Source: an uncultured Bacilli bacterium (GTDB taxonomy: Bacteria; Bacillota_I; Bacilli_A; RF39; UBA660). From it: a stretch of DNA of 59,664 nucleotides. The stretch covers positions 1 to 59,664 of the forward strand of contig CALVRU010000004.1 of NCBI GenBank assembly GCA_944358775.1, written 5' to 3'. Below the pieces are notes generated by a model. It did not search any database. It was not told where the DNA came from and was given only the letters and a program-made list of their open reading frames with translations. Positions 19,683-28,131 of the stretch are shown in pieces. The translations under genes and the position numbers were made by a program. Position 1 is the stretch's first letter. Every line of letters starts with the position of its first letter.

Positions 19683-21088
19683 TGCCAAAACGTAGTTTAC
19701 GAGAAGAATTTGAACTCGATCAAGAGAAACGAGATCCGATCAAAATTATCTCTGATTATGATATTTTTAAAGATAAAGCATTATTAGATAAATTACGGTC
19801 GAACATTATTCAAAACATCATCGACAATAAAGTGCCGGAAGAGAAACTACTAACCGAATACATTAATGAAGAAATCGACAAGACTTTGGAAGGATACGAT
19901 CTTACTAATTTAGAACGTAGTCACATTTTTAATTTGATTGATAATGAAATCAACGGATACGGTCCTATTACAGAGCTATTAGATGATAAAAATGTGACCG
20001 AAATCATGGTCAATGGACCAGAAGAGATTTACATTGAAATTGATGGTCACGTAATGAAAGATGATACCGTATCTTTTATCAATGCCGATCATATTTTAAG
20101 AACGATCCAAAGAATGGTTCAACCATTAGGCCGAACGATCGATCAAGCAAATCCGATGGTCGATTCGAGATTGCCGGATGGTTCCAGAATTAATGCGATT
20201 ATTCCGCCGCTCAGTTTAAATGGACCAGTACTTACGATCCGGAAATTTAAGGATAGTATGAACGATATTGAGTCATTGATTCGAAATGGTACGTTGACGC
20301 CTTATATGGCCCGTTTTTTAGAGGCATGTGTTCATGCCAAATTAAATATGATTGTCTGTGGTGGTACCGGTAGTGGTAAAACGACACTTTTGAATATTCT
20401 GTCTAGTTTTATCGGTGAAGATGAGCGTATTATTACGATTGAAGATGCTGCCGAATTACGTTTGCATCAAAAACACGTCATCACTTTGGAAACACGGAAT
20501 ATGAATTATGAAAGTGGTGGCGAAGTGACGATTCGAGATCTTGTCATCAACTCATTGCGAATGCGACCAGACCGGATCATCGTCGGCGAAGTCCGTGGCA
20601 AAGAGGCATTCGATATGCTACAGGCAATGAATACAGGACATGAAGGAAGCTTAACAACCCTTCATGCGAACAGTCCGATCGATGCTCTAAACCGTTTGGA
20701 AACAATGGTTTTAATGAGTGGATTAGAAATTCCGATCCGTGCGATTCGGGAATATATAGAAAATGCCATCGATATTGTCGTAAATATCGAACGATTGGGC
20801 GACGGTCGTAGAAAAGTAACGAGCATTTGTGAAGTGATCGGCTTTCAAGGAGATGCCATTCGTTTAAAGGAAATCTTTGCTTTTAAAGAACACGGCTTAA
20901 CTTCGACCGGGGAAGTAAATGGCGAGTTCATATTATATAATTATATTCCAGAAAGTTATAAGAAGATGAAAGCCAAAGGAGTAAATTCGGTTGACGATAT
21001 TTTCGATGAAGTGAAAAAAATATTAGACAAAAAAGCAAAATTAGAAGAAAAGAAAAAGAAAGCAAAACCGGTCAAAGAAAAGAAATAG
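19682..21088 (+). CDS. cpaF: Tad pilus assembly ATPase CpaF/TadA
   Basis: [47 protein letters not shown]. Confidence 0.95.
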
Positions 21089-21106
21089 AAAGAGGGTGAA
21101 GCGAAT

Positions 21107-22117
21107 ATGCCAGAAGGATACAATATTTCTTTGTTTATCTTGCAAATTATCATTATTTTTATCCTATTTGCCATTATGATATGGCTTTTAAAACTAGTAC
21201 GGGCAATTCGCTATGAAAAACGAATTAGTAAATACACGATTGATTCGATTAAAGAAGATTCTCTTTCTTTTTTCGATCGGGTAAATATCGCTTATTTTGA
21301 GATTTGTCATAGATTATCAAAGGCTTTGAAAAAAATTCGAATTTTTGATACGTACAGTAAAAAGTATGAGAAATATATCGATGGTTCGAAACAGATTCGG
21401 GAAGAAGCGATGGATTATATTTCAACCAAAATTCTATGTGGTATTTTAGTATTTTTGATTGTATTGGTATCCGATGTCCTTCAATATAAACCGATCTCGT
21501 TGATTCAAGTGATCTATTCCTTATTGATTGGTTTTTTCTTACCAGACTTATTCTTGATTTCTCGTAACCAATTCCGAAAGAGACAAATTGAAAACGATTT
21601 ATTAAAATCGATTATTATCATGAATAACGCATTTAAATCGGGTCGCAGTACGATGCAGGCAATTCAAATTGTATCGGAGGAACTCGACGGACCATTAGCG
21701 GGTGAATTCAAAAAAATGTATATCGACTTGACTTATGGTCTCAGCTTGGAAACGGTATTCACGCGGTTTGCAAAGCGAGTAAATATCGAAGAAGTGAAGT
21801 ATATTACAACCTCTTTGACGATTTTAAATAAAACAGGCGGCGATATTGTAAAAGTGTTTTCGTCGATTGAACGATCTTTCTTCAATCGGCGCAAGTTACA
21901 ACAAGAGTTGAAATCTTTGACGGCTTCCGCTCGGCTTATTTTTAATATTTTGGTAGTATTACCGTTTGTTTTATTTTTGATGATCTTTATCTTAAATCCA
22001 ACCTATTTTAATCCGTTATTTACAACGCCGATTGGGCTTGTCATCTTACTTGTTATCGTCTTATTGTATACGACATATATTTTTATCATCCGACGGATTA
22101 TGAAAGTCGAAGAGTAA
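21107..22117 (+). CDS. tadB: TadB-like platform protein (T2SS F domain)
   Basis: NAFKSG...GPLAGEF...GGDIV pattern, C-terminal TMs. Confidence 0.85.
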   Translation: MPEGYNISLFILQIIIIFILFAIMIWLLKLVRAIRYEKRISKYTIDSIKEDSLSFFDRVNIAYFEICHRLSKALKKIRIFDTYSKKYEKYIDGSKQIREEAMDYISTKILCGILVFLIVLVSDVLQYKPISLIQVIYSLLIGFFLPDLFLISRNQFRKRQIENDLLKSIIIMNNAFKSGRSTMQAIQIVSEELDGPLAGEFKKMYIDLTYGLSLETVFTRFAKRVNIEEVKYITTSLTILNKTGGDIVKVFSSIERSFFNRRKLQQELKSLTASARLIFNILVVLPFVLFLMIFILNPTYFNPLFTTPIGLVILLVIVLLYTTYIFIIRRIMKVEE

Positions 22118-22129
22118 AGGGGGATATGC

Positions 22130-22837
22130 ATGGCTAAGAAAAAAATAGAAGTATCGCGAAAAATTTATAGTCAAAAGAGTATCGATAAGATGCAAGCAAG
22201 AATCGATTTGCTCGGTTATCGGGAAAGTTATAGTGCGATTATTTTCTTAAATATTCGTCTTCTTTCTTCCACTTTTCTCTTTTTTATGATATTATATCTA
22301 TTCGAATGGGGATATGTTTTAGCACCTTTAATTACGTTTCTTTATTATATTTTTCTACCTAAGATTGCGATTGACCAAAAGGTGGCCAAAAGAGGATCGC
22401 GGCTAGATAAAGAAGCAATGTATTTTTTCGAAGTATTAACGTTATCGTTAGAGTCGGGAAGAAATTTACAAAGTGCTTTAGAAGTAACAGCTTCGAATAT
22501 CGATTCGGAATTATCGAGTGAATTTAAACAAACCTTAGAAGAAGTTCGTTTTGGTAAAAGTCTCAACGAAGCATTGGATGATTTAAAAAGACGAATTCCT
22601 TCCGATACAATTAACAATATTATTTTAAATATTTCCCAGTCGAATATTTTTGGTAATAGTATTATTGATACGTTATATAATCAAATCGATTATATTCGAG
22701 ATAAAAAAGTGATGGAAACACGGGCGAAGATGAGCAAAATACCGATTCAGATCAGTGTGGTATCGGTTATCTTCTTTATTCCAATTTTGTTATTGTTAAT
22801 TTTATCGCCAGTAATCATCAGTTATATTGTAGGATAG
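22130..22837 (+). CDS. tadC: TadC-like platform protein (T2SS F domain)
   Basis: LSLESGRNL...EVRFGKSL...FG pattern, C-terminal TM. Confidence 0.85.
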   Translation: MAKKKIEVSRKIYSQKSIDKMQARIDLLGYRESYSAIIFLNIRLLSSTFLFFMILYLFEWGYVLAPLITFLYYIFLPKIAIDQKVAKRGSRLDKEAMYFFEVLTLSLESGRNLQSALEVTASNIDSELSSEFKQTLEEVRFGKSLNEALDDLKRRIPSDTINNIILNISQSNIFGNSIIDTLYNQIDYIRDKKVMETRAKMSKIPIQISVVSVIFFIPILLLLILSPVIISYIVG

Positions 22838-22847
22838 GAGGATTTTT

Positions 22848-23567
22848 ATGAGTGGACATTCAAAATGGGCAACGATTCATCGTAAAAAAGATTTGCTAGA
22901 TCAAGCAAGAGGTAAAGTCTTTCAAAAGATTGCAAAAGAAATTTATGTGGCAGCGCGGGGAACCGATGGAAATCCGGATCATAATGCATCTCTTCGGATG
23001 GTGTTAGAAAAAGCCAAAGCCGCAAACATGCCAAAAGATAATATTCAAAAGGCGATTGATAAAGCAACCGGTGCATCTGGTGGCGAAGATTTTGAAGCAA
23101 TTCGTTATGAAGGATACGGTCCAGCGGGAGTTGCCGTGATGGTCGACTGTTTAACCGATAATCGAAACCGGACCGCTTCACAAGTAAGAGCAGCGTTTAC
23201 AAAACGTGGTGGAAATTTGGGAACGGATGGATCGGTTAGCTATATGTTTCAAAGAAAAGGTGTCATTGTAACCGATAAAACGATTTCCGAAGATGATGTT
23301 ATGATGACGGCAATCGATGCCGGTGCGGATGATTTTAATGTGACGGACGAAGGATATGAAATCTATACGAGCCCTGAGAACTTTTTAAAAGTAAAAGAAG
23401 CTCTTGAAGAAATCGGGGTAACCGAATTTTTGACAAGTGAAGTTACATTTGTATCCAATATGAAAACTTCAGTAAGTGAAGAAGACAGTGAAAAAGTATA
23501 CGGATTGATTGAGGCATTGGAAGAAATCGACGATGTCCAAGATGTCTATACCAATTTAGATGAGTAA
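22848..23567 (+). CDS. yebC: YebC/PmpR family protein
   Basis: MSGHSKWATI, YEGYGPAG, TDNRNRT, DDVQDVYTN. Confidence 0.96.
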   Translation: MSGHSKWATIHRKKDLLDQARGKVFQKIAKEIYVAARGTDGNPDHNASLRMVLEKAKAANMPKDNIQKAIDKATGASGGEDFEAIRYEGYGPAGVAVMVDCLTDNRNRTASQVRAAFTKRGGNLGTDGSVSYMFQRKGVIVTDKTISEDDVMMTAIDAGADDFNVTDEGYEIYTSPENFLKVKEALEEIGVTEFLTSEVTFVSNMKTSVSEEDSEKVYGLIEALEEIDDVQDVYTNLDE

Positions 23568-23612
23568 GAGTTTTCGGACTCTTATTTTTTTGGTATAATA
23601 ATATAGACAAAG

Positions 23613-24260
23613 GTGATCGAGATGAATTATCAAATGGAATTAGAAAAAATAATTGCGAAAAATCAAGAAGAAGGAAAAGTGCCGACGTTACTGTTGCATG
23701 CTTGTTGTGCGCCTTGTTCCAGTTATGTATTGGAGTATTTGAGCGAGTATTTTCAGATTACGATTTTCTACTATAACCCGAACATTACGATAAAAGAAGA
23801 GTATCAAAAAAGAGTTCAAGAGGAACAAAGACTATTACGTGAAATGCCTTTCCGCTATCCAGTTTCCTTTTTAGAGGGCAGATACGATCCAAGTGAATAT
23901 GAAAATATTGCCAAAGGAAGAGAGGATTTACCAGAGCGAAGTATCCGTTGTTATGATTGCTACTATTTACGACTAAAGGAAACCGCCAAGGTAGCAAAAG
24001 AAAATGATTTTGACTATTTCGGCACGACGCTTTCCGTAAGTCCTCACAAAAACAGTAATTGGTTAAATGAAATCGGTAAAGAGTTAAGTGCACAATATAA
24101 AATTCCTTATTTGTACGCCGATTTTAAAAAGAAGGAAGGATACAAACGAAGTATCTTGTTATCGCAAAAATATCATTTGTATCGTCAGGATTATTGTGGC
24201 TGCATTTATTCCAAGCATGCCCATGATAAAAAAATGTTAGAAAAAGGAGAAACTATATGA
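23613..24260 (+). CDS. queH: Epoxyqueuosine reductase QueH (DUF208)
   Basis: LLHACCAPCS, YYNPNI, C..CY..RL, YRQDYCGC. Confidence 0.92.
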   Translation: MIEMNYQMELEKIIAKNQEEGKVPTLLLHACCAPCSSYVLEYLSEYFQITIFYYNPNITIKEEYQKRVQEEQRLLREMPFRYPVSFLEGRYDPSEYENIAKGREDLPERSIRCYDCYYLRLKETAKVAKENDFDYFGTTLSVSPHKNSNWLNEIGKELSAQYKIPYLYADFKKKEGYKRSILLSQKYHLYRQDYCGCIYSKHAHDKKMLEKGETI

Positions 24261-24787
24261 CCGTTGATACCATAGTAACACAAGGTGCTTTAGCTCAAAA
24301 CTGTTATATTATCAGTGCCGAAGATCTGTGTATCATCATTGATCCTGGAGCGGAACCTTTTAATATAACTTCGCGAATAGCCGGTAAGAAAGTGATGGCA
24401 ATTCTACTTACACATCGTCATTCTGATCATATTGGTGCACTACCATTTCTCCAAAAAGAGACATTGGCCCCAGTTTATGAGATGTCGAACTTGAAAGAGC
24501 AAAATTATTCGATTGGTCCTTTTCATTTTCAAGTGATTTTTACAAAAGGTCACACAGAGGATTCGCTTACTTATTATTTTGAAAAAGAAAAAATGATGTT
24601 TACCGGTGACTTTTTATTTCACGGTGATGTTGGACGATGTGATTTAGAAGGTGGATCGTGGTGGAAGATGCAGGAAAGCATCCACAAAATAAAATGTTAT
24701 CCGGATGATATTAAAGTATATCCTGGACATGAAGAAGCCACAACTTTAGGCGAAGAGAAAAAACACAATCCCTATTTTAAAGATTGA
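24257..24787 (+). CDS. Metallo-beta-lactamase-fold hydrolase (glyoxalase II-like)
   Basis: THRHSDH, GHT, FTGD, YPGH. Confidence 0.9.
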   Translation: MTVDTIVTQGALAQNCYIISAEDLCIIIDPGAEPFNITSRIAGKKVMAILLTHRHSDHIGALPFLQKETLAPVYEMSNLKEQNYSIGPFHFQVIFTKGHTEDSLTYYFEKEKMMFTGDFLFHGDVGRCDLEGGSWWKMQESIHKIKCYPDDIKVYPGHEEATTLGEEKKHNPYFKD

Positions 24788-24860
24788 AAAATATCCCATT
24801 TTTTGATATCATGTTAATAGTAAAATGGCATGGTATTTTTTTATAGAGTGAGGTGAAATC

Positions 24861-26099
24861 ATGGATCGTCAAATAGAACAGAATACTCCGTTTGATCAAT
24901 TAATTTCTCAGCTTGAAACGCTCGGAATTAGTAGCAAAGTTCTAGGCCAAGAGCAAGATAAATTACAGTTAAAAATTCCTTTCGAAAGCAAGAATATGAT
25001 TTATGCCGTGATCGATTTTATAAACCGAATTCCTAGAGCGAATTTTCTTTTTGAAAAAAAAGCTGAAAGCTTTTATTTGACTATGAAAACGCCAGTAATC
25101 GATCTAGATTCTTTTGTTGAGAAAATCAAAGATTACAATCCGAATCATGATTATTGGAATGAATTGTCGATCGACATGAAAGAGATTATGACTCTGTTTG
25201 AACAAGCAAACTTACAAAATGCAAATTTACAAATAGGAGTTAAAATAGGGGAGCAAGAAAAAGAGTATCGGATTCATAGTGATGATCTACAGATGATAAG
25301 AGCCTTGCAAGCACTCGGTATTCCAGAGACAGATCAATTGTTTCACTTTGTATCGAACCATCCCGAAGAAGCTGCTGCCATTTTAAAAGGCGGAGAATTA
25401 AAAGGGACCGAATTAAGTCAAGAAGCAAGAGAAGTACTTGGAATTCACGAGAATAAAGAGGCTGCGGAATTAACTAAAGAAAACTCACTTGTTACCACTT
25501 ATCGGAAGGAAATTCCTGGTCTTGATGGGGCGTATGCCTGGATTCACATTATTACTCCATTTGAGAAAGTAGGAAATTCAGATATAGAAGTACCGACATC
25601 AGATCGTTTTATTGAACTAGCTTTAGAATTTAATGAAAATGGCAAAAAACAAATAAACAGCACGCGTTTTCATTACCAAAATGGTGTAATATTTGATCGC
25701 GATATTTTACCACAGATCGCCGATGAGTATCGTTTGGCTAGTAAAATGGAAGGAAATCATATTGAACAAAGTACCGAGAATCCATCCTCTTATATTATTA
25801 CAGATGAGAACGGCAAACAGTCAGAATACCTGGATGCGGATAATCAAATTCGTTCTACCGAAGCAATCGGCAACTTTATTCATGAGACTGATTTTGGAAA
25901 AAAAGAAGGAGTTCAAAAACAAGAAAAGGAACAGAAATTTGATAAAGAAAATGAGAAAGTATTAGTGAAAGTAAATCAAGTACAGACGACTGGTTCGGTT
26001 GCTGATACTACAGCGGGAAAAGCGAGTTCGATTATTTTAGGAATTATGATAGTCGTTGTAATTGTTTTATTGATTGTAATTTTTGCAATGTTGATGTAG
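24861..26099 (+). CDS. Hypothetical membrane-anchored protein
   Basis: 412 aa, acidic, single C-terminal TM, SD GAGGTG; no recognisable domain. Confidence 0.8.
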   Translation: MDRQIEQNTPFDQLISQLETLGISSKVLGQEQDKLQLKIPFESKNMIYAVIDFINRIPRANFLFEKKAESFYLTMKTPVIDLDSFVEKIKDYNPNHDYWNELSIDMKEIMTLFEQANLQNANLQIGVKIGEQEKEYRIHSDDLQMIRALQALGIPETDQLFHFVSNHPEEAAAILKGGELKGTELSQEAREVLGIHENKEAAELTKENSLVTTYRKEIPGLDGAYAWIHIITPFEKVGNSDIEVPTSDRFIELALEFNENGKKQINSTRFHYQNGVIFDRDILPQIADEYRLASKMEGNHIEQSTENPSSYIITDENGKQSEYLDADNQIRSTEAIGNFIHETDFGKKEGVQKQEKEQKFDKENEKVLVKVNQVQTTGSVADTTAGKASSIILGIMIVVVIVLLIVIFAMLM

Positions 26100-26114
26100 A
26101 AGGGAAGTTTTTAT

Positions 26115-26429
26115 ATGTATTGGGATTTAATTATTATTGTAGCAATTATTTTAGTAGCAGTGATCTGTTTGCGACGGTTTTCTAGTTTTGTCTATATCGT
26201 CGGAATCATCGATATCTTCTTACGATTGGTTACATTTATTGCCAATAATCTAGGTGTACCAGAAATCACACAGCTAGTAAATCGCATTGGCTTTCCAAGT
26301 AGTATTCCATCTCTGATTGGAAAATATACGGATGGTATTTTGACGACTGTTTTAGTATGGATTTTTGTTATAATTATGATCGTATTTGAATTTTATGTGA
26401 TTCGGACGTTTATTCGTAAGAAAAAATAA
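26115..26429 (+). CDS. Hypothetical membrane protein
   Basis: 104 aa, about 3 TM segments, basic C-terminus. Confidence 0.75.
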   Translation: MYWDLIIIVAIILVAVICLRRFSSFVYIVGIIDIFLRLVTFIANNLGVPEITQLVNRIGFPSSIPSLIGKYTDGILTTVLVWIFVIIMIVFEFYVIRTFIRKKK

Positions 26430-26481
26430 TATGTCAAAAAATGGAAATAACTTCCAGTGAAAGAAGTAATTTATCTGTGAT

Positions 26482-26516
26482 AAAATGGAAAGAGAATAGA
26501 ACCTCTTTCCGTTTTT
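26482..26516 (+). terminator. Intrinsic terminator
   Basis: AAAATGGAAAGAG-aatagaac-CTCTTTCCGTTTT. Confidence 0.7.
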
Positions 26517-26537
26517 CGTTGTAAATTAGCCGAAAAT

Positions 26538-26987
26538 TTGGGAGTTTACGATATGTCTGCTGGAGCAGGTGAATATGTGATGGGGGTACTTGCTGATTCA
26601 AGCGGAGCACCAAGAAGTGGGAATAGCGACTCAAGGAATTCTGGATTCAATGGAACGTTAGAAAATGGAAGTAAATATAGTTCAGGAATTGCTTTTCCAG
26701 AAGCCAAGTATTATGATTTATATACTTCAATGAACCAAAGCTCCAATGATGATAGTTTAAGCGCTACGGCATGCAGTGGAGGAATTTGTTATGGACATGG
26801 GTTAAGTGAGACTGCAGGATGGTATCAAGATTATTCCGTTTTTGTTAGTCAAACTATGCCTTGGGTTCTCCGCGGCGGTGGCTGTTCTAGTAGCCCGCCG
26901 ATTGCTGGCATCTTCTACGCCGGCCACAACTACGGTTACACGGACAGCAACGTCGCGTCTCGTGCTGTGTTGGTCCCAGGAGCGTAG
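26538..26987 (+). pseudogene. Orphan C-terminal cassette of a CLec/DGR-target-like surface protein, paralogous to the 3' end of 3277-4821
   Basis: Shares G(I/V)YD(I/M)S, E.VMG, PE..YYDLYT, TAC.GG.CYGH.LSET..WY.D and PW..RGGG with the upstream gene. No leader; similarity begins abruptly at ~26538. Confidence 0.75.
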
Positions 26988-26990
26988 CGA
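26868..26990 (+). other. DGR variable-region (VR)-like segment
   Basis: 29 codons at 26868-26954: 19 end in C, 7 in T, 3 in G, none in A; 54/87 G+C. This is the pattern expected from adenine-specific mutagenesis of AAC/AAT template codons. Confidence 0.7.
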
Positions 26991-27082
26991 TTTATTTCAT
27001 TTCATCAAAGTGATGGAAATAATATTATGATAAGAGGGAACTGATCAATTGTAATTGTGCTGTAATGCAAAATAGAAAAAAG

Positions 27083-27121
27083 AAAAGAGGAATTTCGGAA
27101 AAGATAAGAAATTCTTCTTTT
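27083..27121 (+). terminator. Intrinsic terminator
   Basis: AAAAGAGGAATTTC-loop-GAAATTCTTCTTTT. Confidence 0.7.
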
Positions 27122-27189
27122 GTTTTGAAGAAATTGCGATTTGTAAAAGAATTCTAGTTTTGTTAAAGTGCTTCCTGGAGGTGATTTGG

Positions 27190-28092
27190 TTGAGCCAAGT
27201 CGAAGTAGAAGAAGTACTTACGAAAATTAAAAAGAAGGAAGCCGTCATTCCTGGAACATGGGATCCTGTCTTTAAAACGATTTTAATGGAGTGTCCGAAC
27301 TATCTATCGGATATTATTTATCAAGTCACGAAGATACCGAAAGAATATATTGAAGCAAATCTCGTCTTTAAAAATACTGAGTATCCGATTGATTCGTTTG
27401 ATGAAAAGAAACGAATCAGTGATGTTGTCGTCGAAATAAAGGAAAACCATATTATTTTAGAAATGAATGCGCATTACTATGAAGGACTGATGGATAAAAA
27501 TTTGTCTTATGTCGAGAAATTAAGTAGTATAACGATGAAAATAGGAGCAGAATATCCACGCCGAGAGAAGATCATCGAAATCAATTTTGATGTCGAACGA
27601 AATCGATCATTTCCAGAAAGTGAGAAGACTATCTATGAGTTTGGACTCTATGAGAAAGAAGAACACTTTTTATACAGTGAACATATTACGATCTATCATA
27701 TCGATCTAGAAAAAATCAGGAAGAAGTATTATAATAAAGACAAAGAGATAGATCGGTTTGAGAAAGAGATGCTGTTACTAATGGAGACAGATAAAGAAGT
27801 ATTAAGCGAACTATCGAAAGGAGATGAGACGATGGAAGAAGCGAAGAGGAAGCTAGAGGACTTATCGAATGGAGAGTTATTTACGGAATACGAAAGAGAA
27901 CAAATGAAGGAAGCGGAAGAGCGAGCGATCAAGCGATACGAATTAAAGATGGCACGAGAAGAAGGAAAAGAAGAAGGACTGGAACAAGGGAAATTAGAGA
28001 CAGCGAAGAAGATGAAAGAACAAGGGATCGATTGGAATATCATCGCTGTTTGTACGGACTTATCTCTGAAGGAAATCGAAGAGATCAAATAA
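27190..28092 (+). CDS. Rpn/PD-(D/E)XK nuclease family protein ('PD-(D/E)XK transposase')
   Basis: D.VFK, SDVVVE...ILEMN nuclease core, REEGKEEGLEQGK repeat, TAKKM...IAVCTDLS tail. TTG 27190 follows GGAGGTG. Confidence 0.88.
   Translation: MSQVEVEEVLTKIKKKEAVIPGTWDPVFKTILMECPNYLSDIIYQVTKIPKEYIEANLVFKNTEYPIDSFDEKKRISDVVVEIKENHIILEMNAHYYEGLMDKNLSYVEKLSSITMKIGAEYPRREKIIEINFDVERNRSFPESEKTIYEFGLYEKEEHFLYSEHITIYHIDLEKIRKKYYNKDKEIDRFEKEMLLLMETDKEVLSELSKGDETMEEAKRKLEDLSNGELFTEYEREQMKEAEERAIKRYELKMAREEGKEEGLEQGKLETAKKMKEQGIDWNIIAVCTDLSLKEIEEIK
27832..28092 (+). CDS. Putative in-frame small C-terminal product (RpnS-type antitoxin, 86 aa)
   Basis: Internal SD AAAGGAG at 27817-27823, 8 nt before in-frame ATG 27832 (MEEAKRKL...). 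Confidence 0.55.
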   Translation: MEEAKRKLEDLSNGELFTEYEREQMKEAEERAIKRYELKMAREEGKEEGLEQGKLETAKKMKEQGIDWNIIAVCTDLSLKEIEEIK

Positions 28093-28131
28093 GATTTCTT
28101 CTTTTTCTTTGACATGATATAATAAAAGAGA

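Noticed and set aside
26996-27024. Short hairpin (TTTCATCA-aag-TGATGGAA) after the variable region as a DGR target-recognition cruciform
   Set aside because: AT-rich, 8 bp with a mismatch; too weak to call without the template repeat for comparison.
27729-28115. 128-aa Ser-rich minus-strand ORF as an antisense antitoxin
   Set aside because: Explained as the reverse complement of GAA/AAG-rich codons in the Rpn tail.
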